From Nitrospirota bacterium (GTDB lineage: Bacteria; Nitrospirota; JACRHJ01), in assembly GCA_016212105.1 (NCBI GenBank), contig JACRHJ010000046.1, positions 30,136-94,135 of the forward strand: a stretch of DNA of 64,000 bases, written 5' to 3'. The notes under the pieces are model-generated. The model searched no databases and was not told the DNA's origin. It saw only the letters and a program-made list of their open reading frames with translations. Each line of letters opens with the position of its first letter. The first letter of the stretch is position 1. Positions 19,576-27,840 of the stretch are shown here, piece by piece. Both the position numbers and the translations under genes were made by a program.

Positions 19576-21831
19576 ATGGAGCCCCTGAAGGTGCTTCTTG
19601 TCGACGACGACCCCGACCTCGGCAGGATGATGAAGCTTCTGCTGTCCAGGGAGGCCCCCCATTGTTCGTTCCACTTCGCGGAAGGCGGGCGTGAATGCCT
19701 TGAGTACCTGAGAGACAACGAGGCCGACTGCATCCTGTCGGACTACCAGATGCCGGGCATGGACGGCATGCAGCTCATGCTCACCCTCAAGGAACAGGGG
19801 AGCGGTGTGCCATTCATATTCCTTACGGCGCAGGGTAACGAGGAGGTCGCACGGGACGCGCTCAAGAGCGGGGCCAGCGACTACTTCACGAAGGAGGCCG
19901 GCCTTGCGCATTTCGCGAGGATCGTCAACTCTGTCGAACAGGCGGTCAGCAAGAGGCAGGCGGAGTTGGCGAAAATGCGGGCCGACAGGGACTGGGAGGA
20001 GACGTTCGACGCGATAGACGACCTCATAACGCTCCAGAGGACGGACTATACCATCGAACGCGGCAACAGGGCCGCCTGCAAGGCGCTGGCGACGGACTGC
20101 GAGGGCATTGTCGGCAAAAAGTGCTACGAGCTATACCACGGAACGTCCGGGCCGATACCGGAATGCCCCGCGGCCGAGCTGCTGGAGGGGAGTTCCGCCG
20201 TCGTGACGCATGAGGTCGGCCTGGGCGACAGGGTCTTCGAGGTCAAAGTGTGTCCCGTGACGGACGACGGCTCCTTCGACAGGTTCGTGCACATAGCGAA
20301 GGACATCACCGCGAGGAAGAAGGCCGAGGACTCCCTCCTGCACGAGAAGAAGAAGCTCGAGGCGATACTCGCGAATATCGGGGACGGCATCAGCATCGTG
20401 GACAGGGATTTCACGGTCGTATACCAGAACAGGGCGCATGTGGAGATAGTAGGCCCTCACATCGGCGAGTTCTGCTACCAGGCCTACGAACACAAGGACG
20501 GGGTATGCGAGGGGTGCCCCGTCTCCGAGTCCTTCATGGACGGCGGGATACACTCCGTCAGGCGGTCTCCGACTACGGACAAGGGCCTTAAACACGTGGA
20601 CATCACGTCGTCGCCGCTCGTGGACACCGACGGCAACATCGTCGCGGGCATAGAGGTGGTGAAGGACGTTACGGCGAAGAAGCTCGCCGAGGACGCGCTG
20701 AAGGAGAGCGAGGAAAGGTTCCGCACCCTGTTCGAGTCGGCCGGAGACGCCATATTCATGATGGACAGGAACACGTTTCTCGACTGCAACCAGAAGGCTG
20801 TCGAGATGTTCGGGTGCAGGGATAAAAGCGAGATAGTCGGCCATTCCCCGGTGGAGTTCTCGCCCGACAAGCAGCCCGACGGCCGCCCGTCACTAAACAT
20901 GGCGCTGGAATACATTTCCGCGGCCCTGAGGAACATGCCCCAGAGGTTCTACTGGAAGCACACACGCAAGGACGGCGGGACGTTTGACGCCGAGGTGTCG
21001 CTGAACGCCTTCAGCTCCAAGTGGAGGGTCTACCTGCTCGCTATTGTCAGGGACGTGACCGCGAGAAAGCTCGCAGAGGACGCGCTTCGGCGCGAGAAGG
21101 ACTTCACAGAAACCGTCCTCAACAGCATTCCCGGGGTATTCTATGTCGTGGACGACCAGGCGCGCCTTGTAAGGTGGAACAAAAGGTATGCCGAGAACAT
21201 CGGCATGAAACCCGATGAGCTGCGGTCCTTGAACGTCCTGGACACCGTCGCGGAAGAAAACCGTGAACTTGCCTCATCTAAGATAAAAGAAGTGATGTCT
21301 GACCGCAAGGACGTCACCGCCGAACTGAACGTACTGGAAAAAGGTGAGAAAAAGGTTCCGTACCTCTGCACCGGCTCCCCGCTGGTAGCCGACGGCAGGA
21401 CATACCTCGTCGGTATGGGTATAGACATAACCGAAAGGAAGCTCGCGGAGGAGGCGGTCGCCAACTCTAACAGGGCGCTCACCACCCTGCTCGACAGCGT
21501 CAACTTCGGGATGATGGTGGTCGGCCGCGACCGGGTTATCAGGATGGCGAACAGGGCGGCCCTGGCGCTCATGGGATATAACGACGAGTCGGAGGTGGTA
21601 GGCAGGACATGCCACAACTTCATCTGTCCCGCCGAGGCGGGAAAATGCCCGGTCATAGACCTCGGCATGTGCCTGGACCTGTCGGAGAGGGTCCTGTTGA
21701 GCAGGGACGGGGAGAGGATAAGCATACTGAAGTCCGTGAGCCCGGCCATCATCGGAGGCGAGGACGTGCTCATCGAGACCTTCGTGGATATCTCGGGCAA
21801 AAATAAGCACAAACCGGCCCCGGAATGTTGA
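19576..21831 (+). CDS. response regulator receiver fused to five PAS/PAC domains; no recognisable output domain
   Basis: The REC domain is VLLVDDDPDLG...DCILSDYQMPGMDG. Repeated PAS blocks are each followed by a (T/V)xRK(K/L)AE(D/E) linker. The ATG at 19576 follows GAGGTGG, and the track ORF starts earlier at 19531. Confidence 0.75.
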   Translation: MEPLKVLLVDDDPDLGRMMKLLLSREAPHCSFHFAEGGRECLEYLRDNEADCILSDYQMPGMDGMQLMLTLKEQGSGVPFIFLTAQGNEEVARDALKSGASDYFTKEAGLAHFARIVNSVEQAVSKRQAELAKMRADRDWEETFDAIDDLITLQRTDYTIERGNRAACKALATDCEGIVGKKCYELYHGTSGPIPECPAAELLEGSSAVVTHEVGLGDRVFEVKVCPVTDDGSFDRFVHIAKDITARKKAEDSLLHEKKKLEAILANIGDGISIVDRDFTVVYQNRAHVEIVGPHIGEFCYQAYEHKDGVCEGCPVSESFMDGGIHSVRRSPTTDKGLKHVDITSSPLVDTDGNIVAGIEVVKDVTAKKLAEDALKESEERFRTLFESAGDAIFMMDRNTFLDCNQKAVEMFGCRDKSEIVGHSPVEFSPDKQPDGRPSLNMALEYISAALRNMPQRFYWKHTRKDGGTFDAEVSLNAFSSKWRVYLLAIVRDVTARKLAEDALRREKDFTETVLNSIPGVFYVVDDQARLVRWNKRYAENIGMKPDELRSLNVLDTVAEENRELASSKIKEVMSDRKDVTAELNVLEKGEKKVPYLCTGSPLVADGRTYLVGMGIDITERKLAEEAVANSNRALTTLLDSVNFGMMVVGRDRVIRMANRAALALMGYNDESEVVGRTCHNFICPAEAGKCPVIDLGMCLDLSERVLLSRDGERISILKSVSPAIIGGEDVLIETFVDISGKNKHKPAPEC

Positions 21832-21900
21832 CAAGGACTGCCGGGCGGGGTAATATTTAATTAAGAAGCGCACACCATCCCCCAAAGGAGCGACCCGCAC

Positions 21901-22338
21901 ATGAAGATCACGAACATCCTTCACCCGACCGACTTTTCCGATGGTTCCAAGGCCGCCATGGAGTACGTGAAGTCCCTGGCGAAACAGTATGGAGCGAAGG
22001 TCACGCTCATGCACGTGGTGAACGAGTTCTCCAAGACCCACGGCTGGTACGTCCCGCACATCTCGCTGACCGAGCTGTACAAGGACATCGAGGAATCCGC
22101 CAAGAAGCAGATAGAGAAGTGCTGTTACGAGGAACTGAGGGACTTCGGTGACGTGAAGAAGGTGGTCGTCAAGGGCGTCCCGGACGAGGAGATAGTCAAG
22201 TACGCGGGAGACAACGGCGTGGACCTTATCGTGATGGGCACGTTCAGCAAGAGCGGCATGGACTACGTCTTCGGCTCGACCACGGAAAAGGTGCTCCGGA
22301 AGGCGAGCTGCCCGGTCTTCTGCGTGAAGGTGCCGTAA
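21901..22338 (+). CDS. universal stress protein (UspA family)
   Basis: It is 145 aa, with ILHPTDFSDGSKAA... and GVDLIVMGT...GSTTEKVLRKASCPVFCV. Confidence 0.8.
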   Translation: MKITNILHPTDFSDGSKAAMEYVKSLAKQYGAKVTLMHVVNEFSKTHGWYVPHISLTELYKDIEESAKKQIEKCCYEELRDFGDVKKVVVKGVPDEEIVKYAGDNGVDLIVMGTFSKSGMDYVFGSTTEKVLRKASCPVFCVKVP

Positions 22339-22381
22339 GGGCCGGATGGCGTCGTAACTGGCAACAAGGTCAGGAGGGTAT

Positions 22382-22681
22382 ATGAAGAAGGACACCGAGG
22401 AAAAGCTCGAAAGACAGCCCTTTGACATAAGACAGAAGCTGACGGAGATGAAGGACGTGAGCGCCGGGATACGGGAGGCCGTCAAGGAGGCCAGGCCGGC
22501 CGAGGAGCGGTTGGCCGAGGCGAGGCTGAAGGTCAGCATGAAGGAGCACATCGGGAACCGGCTGAAATCCGGCTACCAGACGTTCTCCCTCAAGCTGAAG
22601 AAGACCCACAGCCTGGGCGACTTCTACGGCAGGTTCCACCCCTCCAAGAGCAGGAAGGGAATAAAGAGGAGCGAGGGGTAG
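22382..22681 (+). CDS. hypothetical small charged protein (99 aa)
   Basis: GGAGGG precedes the ATG. The protein is Lys/Glu-rich with no recognisable motif, and a terminator follows. Confidence 0.35.
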   Translation: MKKDTEEKLERQPFDIRQKLTEMKDVSAGIREAVKEARPAEERLAEARLKVSMKEHIGNRLKSGYQTFSLKLKKTHSLGDFYGRFHPSKSRKGIKRSEG

Positions 22682-22719
22682 GGGGCTACTCCCGTTAGAC
22701 AACCTATAAACGAAAATAC

Positions 22720-22760
22720 AGGGCCCGCCGGAAAAACCGGGGGCCTTTTTCTATTTTTGT
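22720..22760 (+). terminator. rho-independent terminator
   Basis: gggcccgccgg-aaaaa-ccgggggcc is followed by tttttctattttt. Confidence 0.55.
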
Positions 22761-22761
22761 C

Positions 22762-22790
22762 TTGACTTTTCGCCGCCGTTATTCTATATT
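22762..22790 (+). promoter_or_regulatory. sigma-70 promoter for tRNA-Glu (TTGACT-N17-TATATT)
   Basis: The -35 element is at 22762..22767 and the -10 at 22785..22790. The tRNA starts about 17 nt downstream. Confidence 0.55.
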
Positions 22791-22806
22791 TTGCACTCCT
22801 GTGGAC

Positions 22807-22882
22807 GGTCCCTTCGTCTAGCGGTCTAGGACGTTGGCCTCTCACGCCGAAAACACGGGTTCGAGTCCCGTAGGGATCACCA
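22807..22882 (+). tRNA. tRNA-Glu (anticodon CTC)
   Basis: A manual cloverleaf fits: acceptor ggtccct/agggatc, anticodon loop ctCTCac, T-loop ttcgagt, and an encoded CCA. Confidence 0.8.
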
Positions 22883-23015
22883 AAACCGGCCCAGGATTCA
22901 GGCAGTACCGACGCGCAAAGTGCAGCGATGCGCCGCGCGGGTTAATAGCAGCACAGGCATTACGTGGTTACCTCCGAGTAAGACGTGGGCTGTGCTGGTA
23001 TTAATGTAATTCAGA

Positions 23016-23050
23016 GCCCATCTCCGAAAACGGGGGTGGGCTTTTTGGTT
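23016..23050 (+). terminator. rho-independent terminator after tRNA-Glu
   Basis: gcccatctccg-aaaa-cgggggtgggc is followed by tttttggtttt. Confidence 0.5.
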
Positions 23051-23087
23051 TTGTGGGCGTTCCTGCGTTTACACAGTGGAGGGATGT

Positions 23088-23471
23088 ATGACGAAAAGAC
23101 CGCTGGCCGTGACTATTATCTCGTGGTTCCTTATAGTCGGCGGTGTGATAAGTGTTTTTTCAATAAGTTTCAGCCTCAATAACCCGATTGCAAGAGACAT
23201 GATGAGCAAGAGCCTTCTTCCGCTACCTGTCCAGGTGGCGATGGTATATGTTGGCGTGGTCATAGGCATCACATCCGGCGTAGCAATGCTCAAGTGCAGG
23301 AAATGGGGGCGTACCCTGTATGTATCCTGGAGTGCTTTAGGGTTCTTGGTAAGCCTTGTCACATCTCCGTTAAGGTTGATGCTTATACCATCAATACTCG
23401 TCTTCGGTATCATGGTGTACTTTCTTTTCAGGCCGGACGCGAACGAGTATTTTAATGCAGGCGTTAAATAG
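23088..23471 (+). CDS. small integral membrane protein (4 predicted TM helices), unknown function
   Basis: GGAGG lies 5 nt upstream of the ATG at 23088, and the track start is GTG 23076. The sequence has hydrophobic helices, and local GC is clearly lower than the flanking DNA. Confidence 0.45.
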   Translation: MTKRPLAVTIISWFLIVGGVISVFSISFSLNNPIARDMMSKSLLPLPVQVAMVYVGVVIGITSGVAMLKCRKWGRTLYVSWSALGFLVSLVTSPLRLMLIPSILVFGIMVYFLFRPDANEYFNAGVK

Positions 23472-23480
23472 GGAGACAGA

Positions 23481-23915
23481 ATGGTGCGCAGGGTTATCAG
23501 CATATTACTGTATATCATAGCTGGATATTTTGTGCTCATGATGACTGCAATGGCGTTTATTGATATTCCGTACAAGGCGGTATTTCTGTCGGTTGTATTT
23601 GCAATCGCTCTTATATTTCTGGCTGCTGGTGGTGCGGTCAACAGGTTCAGGCGCTGGAAGACCGCATTTGGAGCCGTACTGCTGTCGGTAGGCGGTTTCA
23701 GTGCGTTTGGAGCGTTGACGATGGCAAGCATATTACTTGACGATGAGTTACTCGCAATGATGCCTAAGCCGGATACGGCATTGTCGTTCGATTATATAAC
23801 TGGTTTTTCTATTCTGACTATGCAGATTTGCGCAGGCATACTTCTTATTAAACTCGAAAATCAACCTGCTGCGGACGCTCCGCAAGGTGGTGCGACTGTA
23901 GAGGCGGAGAAATAG
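23481..23915 (+). CDS. small integral membrane protein (4 predicted TM helices), unknown function
   Basis: GGAGA lies upstream. It shares the architecture of 23088..23471 and is in the low-GC block. Confidence 0.45.
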   Translation: MVRRVISILLYIIAGYFVLMMTAMAFIDIPYKAVFLSVVFAIALIFLAAGGAVNRFRRWKTAFGAVLLSVGGFSAFGALTMASILLDDELLAMMPKPDTALSFDYITGFSILTMQICAGILLIKLENQPAADAPQGGATVEAEK

Positions 23916-23916
23916 G

Positions 23917-24543
23917 ATGGGCTACCTCGAAAGGGCTGTACGAAGGATTGACGAGATGCCCGAGTTCCTGATGCTGGTGATAAACATCGGGATCGCGTGC
24001 TTCATAATCCTCGCGCACGGAGGCTGGCTTGCGGCCACGATGATGCAGAAAAACTGGAGCATGACCGATATACTGCCGGTCGCGCTCGGCAGCCTGCCGG
24101 TCGCGCTACTCATCGTTATCTCCGCGGCCGTCGCACTCGCGCGGGAGAAATACCGCGAGAAGGCGCTCGCGTTTCATGCAATCGTCCTGTCCCTGGGTGC
24201 CGCAGGACTGCTGGGCTGGGCCATTTACATGATTATAGCAGGTACGCCGGAAGGCAACTTCAGTTGGGGCGGAGGCATGCTCCCGTTATTTTGCACATAT
24301 CCAGTCTACATGCTCAGGCGCACCGTACTGAAGCAAAGGATTTACAGCTCCTCGTTCATCAAGTACATGCACATTTGGGTACTTGCGATTTCTATATTTG
24401 CCGACCTCGGAGTGCTCGGGCGGTTCATGTACGACATGCCGGCACGCATGGAAAGATTTCGCCAGGAAGCCATACAGAACGCGAGCCATGGCCACGAGGG
24501 CGCATGCCCGAGCCCGGCAAATGTGCCCGGCACGTCCAAATAA
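23917..24543 (+). CDS. integral membrane protein (about 5 TM helices), unknown function
   Basis: It starts 1 nt after the stop of the previous gene and is the third membrane protein of the low-GC islet. Confidence 0.45.
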   Translation: MGYLERAVRRIDEMPEFLMLVINIGIACFIILAHGGWLAATMMQKNWSMTDILPVALGSLPVALLIVISAAVALAREKYREKALAFHAIVLSLGAAGLLGWAIYMIIAGTPEGNFSWGGGMLPLFCTYPVYMLRRTVLKQRIYSSSFIKYMHIWVLAISIFADLGVLGRFMYDMPARMERFRQEAIQNASHGHEGACPSPANVPGTSK

Positions 24544-24594
24544 CCTTCGTATCGTCGCAGCCTAATATTTCCTGCCTGAGCGTGTGTTATTTTC

Positions 24595-24623
24595 TTGACA
24601 AAACGCCCCGAAAACCTTAGAAT
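24595..24623 (+). promoter_or_regulatory. sigma-70 promoter for tRNA-Val (TTGACA-N17-TAGAAT)
   Basis: The -35 element is at 24595..24600 and the -10 at 24618..24623. Confidence 0.55.
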
Positions 24624-24640
24624 TACAACCTGCAAATCGA

Positions 24641-24715
<75 letters not shown>

Positions 24716-24722
24716 CGCAAAC

Positions 24723-24757
24723 GAAGGGGAAGCCAAAAGGCTTCCCCTTTTGTTGTT
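24723..24757 (+). terminator. rho-independent terminator after tRNA-Val
   Basis: gaaggggaagcc-aaaa-ggcttcccc is followed by ttttgttgtt. Confidence 0.6.
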
Positions 24758-24811
24758 AATTTGGCCGATAATCTCCGTCACCCTCTTACCACATCCCAAT
24801 AAGACCAAAGA

Positions 24812-24850
24812 AGGGCCGACACGCGCTTAGCTTGGTACGGCCCCTACCTG
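24812..24850. repeat. REP-D hairpin repeat copy (with internal insertion)
   Basis: agggccgacacgcgcttagcttggtacggcccctacctgta. Confidence 0.4.
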
Positions 24851-25027
24851 TATGCACGGTGGGCGCAGCCCACCCTACAACTTCTTCCCCCTCCCCACCC
24901 GCGGGGGAGGGGGGCAGGGGGGCTGGGGGCGTCTCTACCTTATTCTCCCCCTCTCCTTTCGGGAGAGGGGGCCGGGGGTGAGGGAGCCCCCACTTGCCAT
25001 CCTGAAATTTTATGGCATACTTGTTTC

Positions 25028-25246
25028 ATGTGCTTCGACAAACTCATAGAGCGCCTCGACAGGTTCGAGGCCGACCCGGGACTCATCCACACAAAGGACG
25101 GGGCCGTAGAGCTGCTGTGCGCCGACTGCGACTTCTACAAGGACAGCGACAAGGACCTCGAATGCGGCGCGTTCAAGCTGCTGCGGCTCCTGCTCGACAA
25201 GAAGGCGCTCACGCTGAAGCAGATATCCGATGCGGTCAGGCAGTAG
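25028..25246 (+). CDS. small Cys-containing protein (72 aa); candidate precursor or partner of the downstream radical SAM/SPASM maturase
   Basis: Its stop codon sits 17 nt inside the radical SAM start, consistent with translational coupling. It has 4 Cys (C2, C31, C34, C46: LLCADCDFYKDSDKDLECG) and no recognisable enzyme motif. Confidence 0.3.
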   Translation: MCFDKLIERLDRFEADPGLIHTKDGAVELLCADCDFYKDSDKDLECGAFKLLRLLLDKKALTLKQISDAVRQ

Positions 25247-26489
25247 GTACATAGCCCTGTCCGACGGCTGCGTACTCAGGCGGCTTGAGACCCCGTGCGT
25301 CTACGACAGGCGCACCGATGAGCTGTACGAGCTTGGCGACGAGGCGGCGGAGTTCCTCCGGCTGTGCGACGGGACGAGGACCCTGCGGGAGCTTGGCTGC
25401 GAGCCGGGGGGCGGGTTCGAAGAAGACGCCGACCTGCTCGACTACTGCTTCGCCGAGGGGATCCTCACCGCGTCCGACAGGCCCTCGCCCAGAATCTTCC
25501 GCGACGGCAAGTCCCCGCCGGTATCGCTCCGGTACCTCGAATTCCAGATAACCAGCCGCTGCAACCTGCGCTGCCGCCACTGCTACATAGACCTTGTCGG
25601 CCGCCGGGAGATGGAGGCGCTCGACGTATTCCGTGTTATGGACGAGTTCGACGGGATGCAGGGCCTCAGGCTGCTGATAAGCGGCGGTGAGCCGCTTACG
25701 CACACAGATTTCTGGGCGATCAACGCACGGCTGCCTGAGTACGGTTTCAGGTCCGTCCTGATGACGAACGGGACGCTCGTCGACGCCGAGGCCGCCGAAC
25801 GCCTGAACGTCCAGGAGGCCCAGGTGAGCCTCGACGGCATGCGCGTCGCCCATGACATCATCAGGGGGACCGGCGCGTTCGACAAGGCCGTGGCCGGCAT
25901 CGAACGGCTGCTTGTGGCCGGGAAGAAGGTCTCGGTGGCGACGATGGTAACCGCCATCAACAGGAACGATTTCGACGACATGGCGAGGCTCATGGAATCG
26001 CTCGGCGTGCACGAATGGAACGTGGACGCCCCTTCGCTCACCGGGCGGTTCAGGAACAACCCCGGCCTGCTGCTCCATCCCGAGCTGTCCGCGAGGTACA
26101 TGGAGTACGGCTTCGGAGGCGGGTTGCACGAAGGGCGCGAGGGATACACATGCGGCGCGCACCTCTGCGCGGCCGGGCCGGGCGGGCAGGTCGCCAAATG
26201 CGGATTTTACCTCGACAGCCCGTCGGGTCACATATCGGAAGGGCTTGCCCGGTGCTGGGCCAGGATGGCGCCGGAACCGGTCGGCAAGCTCGACTGCGAC
26301 TGCGTCCATATCGAGAAATGCAGGGGCGGGTGCAGGTTCCGCGCCTCGACATATTCGGGAGAGTTTGGTCCGGACCCGGTGAAGTGCGCCGGTTTCGGTG
26401 TCAGGCCATGCATGGACAGGTTCAACGGGGAAGGAGGTGGCAGGCATGACTATTACAAAGGTAGCGAAGGTATCGGCGAGCGTCTGTAA
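25230..26489 (+). CDS. radical SAM/SPASM peptide-modifying enzyme with N-terminal PqqD-like RRE domain
   Basis: The N-terminus GDEAAEFLRLCDGTRTLREL matches the PqqD/RRE hallmark. The radical SAM cluster is CNLRCRHC, followed by the GGEPL motif. A C-terminal SPASM-type Cys cluster (CDCVHIEKCRGGC) is present, with additional upstream Cys. Confidence 0.75.
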   Translation: MRSGSRYIALSDGCVLRRLETPCVYDRRTDELYELGDEAAEFLRLCDGTRTLRELGCEPGGGFEEDADLLDYCFAEGILTASDRPSPRIFRDGKSPPVSLRYLEFQITSRCNLRCRHCYIDLVGRREMEALDVFRVMDEFDGMQGLRLLISGGEPLTHTDFWAINARLPEYGFRSVLMTNGTLVDAEAAERLNVQEAQVSLDGMRVAHDIIRGTGAFDKAVAGIERLLVAGKKVSVATMVTAINRNDFDDMARLMESLGVHEWNVDAPSLTGRFRNNPGLLLHPELSARYMEYGFGGGLHEGREGYTCGAHLCAAGPGGQVAKCGFYLDSPSGHISEGLARCWARMAPEPVGKLDCDCVHIEKCRGGCRFRASTYSGEFGPDPVKCAGFGVRPCMDRFNGEGGGRHDYYKGSEGIGERL

Positions 26490-26517
26490 GTGCAAGAGTT
26501 CGTGTTAGCCTTGTCGT

Positions 26518-26544
26518 GGCCCGGCCCTATGGCCGGGCCTTTTC
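26518..26544 (+). terminator. probable rho-independent terminator
   Basis: The ggcccggcc-ctat-ggccgggcc hairpin is followed by ttttcag, a short T-tract. Confidence 0.4.
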
Positions 26545-26582
26545 AGTATAACCGCCATTTGTATTTCTGATGGATGAACTTC

Positions 26583-26610
26583 CTGGACCCCGTGTCAGGC
26601 ACGGGGCGAC
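26583..26610. repeat. REP-C hairpin repeat copy
   Basis: ctggaccccgtgtcaggcacggggcgac. Confidence 0.6.
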
Positions 26611-26619
26611 AAATAGAGC

Positions 26620-26646
26620 GTCATTCCCGCGAAAGCGGGAATCCAG
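26620..26646. repeat. REP-B palindrome copy
   Basis: gtcattcccgcgaaagcgggaatccag. Confidence 0.65.
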
Positions 26647-26706
26647 GAATTAGATTTCGCATTATGCTGAATCGCTCCATAAAGTTGTCTTCCCGCAAGA
26701 AAAAGG

Positions 26707-26735
26707 GTTGACATTTCAACGCCCGTGTAGTATAA
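26707..26735 (+). promoter_or_regulatory. sigma-70 promoter for the tRNA array (TTGACA-N17-TATAAA)
   Basis: The -35 element is at 26707..26712 and the -10 at 26730..26735. tRNA-Pro starts about 14 nt downstream. Confidence 0.55.
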
Positions 26736-26748
26736 ACTTAGCTTCTGA

Positions 26749-26826
<78 letters not shown>

Positions 26827-26911
26827 ATGTGGGCGACGAGGATGGCAAGGGGGGATGGACGGGAGGTTGCCGTCCAAGAGAGTTTCACCCTTGTTTCCGT
26901 CCTCTTGATGG

Positions 26912-26988
26912 GCGCCCGTAGCTCAGGCGGATAGAGCAACAGCCTTCTAAGCTGTGGGCCGCAGGTTCGAGTCCTGCCGGGCGCACCA
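26912..26988 (+). tRNA. tRNA-Arg (anticodon TCT)
   Basis: Acceptor gcgcccg/cgggcgc, anticodon stem acagc/gctgt with loop ctTCTaa, and CCA. Confidence 0.75.
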
Positions 26989-27063
26989 GACTGGCCGGCG
27001 GCATGCAGGACCGGAAAGCGGTGCAAAATCCCCTGGCGCGGAAACGGGCAAGGTCAGCCGGTG

Positions 27064-27139
27064 TGGTGAGTGTAGCACAATGGTAGTGCACCAGATTGTG
27101 GATCTGGGCGTTGTGGGTTCGAGCCCCATCACTCACCCC
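27064..27139 (+). tRNA. tRNA-His (anticodon GTG) with G-1
   Basis: An extra 5' G precedes acceptor gtgagtg/cactcac. The anticodon stem ccaga/tctgg carries loop ttGTGga, and CCA is encoded. Confidence 0.75.
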
Positions 27140-27195
27140 AACTCTTCCGGGCACGAGCTTTGGCGGGAAGCCGTTGTTGTGGCGGGACTTCACAT

Positions 27196-27272
27196 GCGCC
27201 CGTAGCTCAGTTGGATAGAGCGTCGGACTTCGAATCCGCAGGTCGCAGGTTCGAGCCCTGCCGGGCGCACCA
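27196..27272 (+). tRNA. tRNA-Arg (anticodon TCG)
   Basis: Acceptor gcgcccg/cgggcgc, anticodon loop ctTCGaa, T-arm gcagg-ttcgagc-cctgc, and CCA. Confidence 0.65.
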
Positions 27273-27354
27273 TAAGGGGCCCGGGCGGGCAGTCCGGAAG
27301 CCGGGCGGTACTTGGGCTCCGGTTGCGAGAGAATACCCGTACCGCGGGTGATAC

Positions 27355-27431
27355 GCGCCTGTAGCTCAGTTGGATAGAGCAACGGATTCCGGTTCCGTGT
27401 GTCGGGAGTTCGAGTCTCTCCAGGCGCGCCA
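27355..27431 (+). tRNA. tRNA-Arg (anticodon CCG)
   Basis: Acceptor gcgcctg/caggcgc, anticodon stem acgga/tccgt with loop ttCCGgt, and CCA. Confidence 0.75.
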
Positions 27432-27448
27432 GATTTTGCTTTTTAGTT

Positions 27449-27475
27449 GTCATTCCCGCGAAAGCGGGAATCCAG
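27449..27475. repeat. REP-B palindrome copy (between tRNA-Arg and tRNA-Lys)
   Basis: gtcattcccgcgaaagcgggaatccag. Confidence 0.65.
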
Positions 27476-27497
27476 GGTTTATACAATATTTGAAGTT

Positions 27498-27573
<76 letters not shown>

Positions 27574-27804
27574 AAACTTATCAAGGGGTTAGGCGTTATC
27601 GCCTAACCCCTTTGTTGTTTCCGGTTGTTAATATAACCGAGTGCGGCCCTCAGTAATGAAAATGGCAGTTCACGGCTTACAAATTCCGCTAATTGCGCGT
27701 AAACGAGCAACGAGAAGAGCGTTATCGCTATGCATGTCGTACGATTCCATCATTAATTAGCTCCAATATCCTGTACTATATCGATTATCGTTTTATCGTT
27801 CTAC

Positions 27805-27820
27805 GGGCACAAAACTTGCA
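27805..27820 (+). promoter_or_regulatory. sigma-54-type -24/-12 promoter element (GGGCAC-N5-TTGCA) in front of the first multiheme cytochrome
   Basis: cGGGCACaaaacTTGCAtt matches the TGGCAC-N5-TTGCW consensus, with the invariant GG and GC correctly spaced. It sits at the 3' end of an ~230-bp AT-rich region with TATCGTT-type direct repeats (27607..27804), and rpoN is encoded in this window. Confidence 0.5.
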
Positions 27821-27840
27821 TTAATTATTAAAGACTATTC

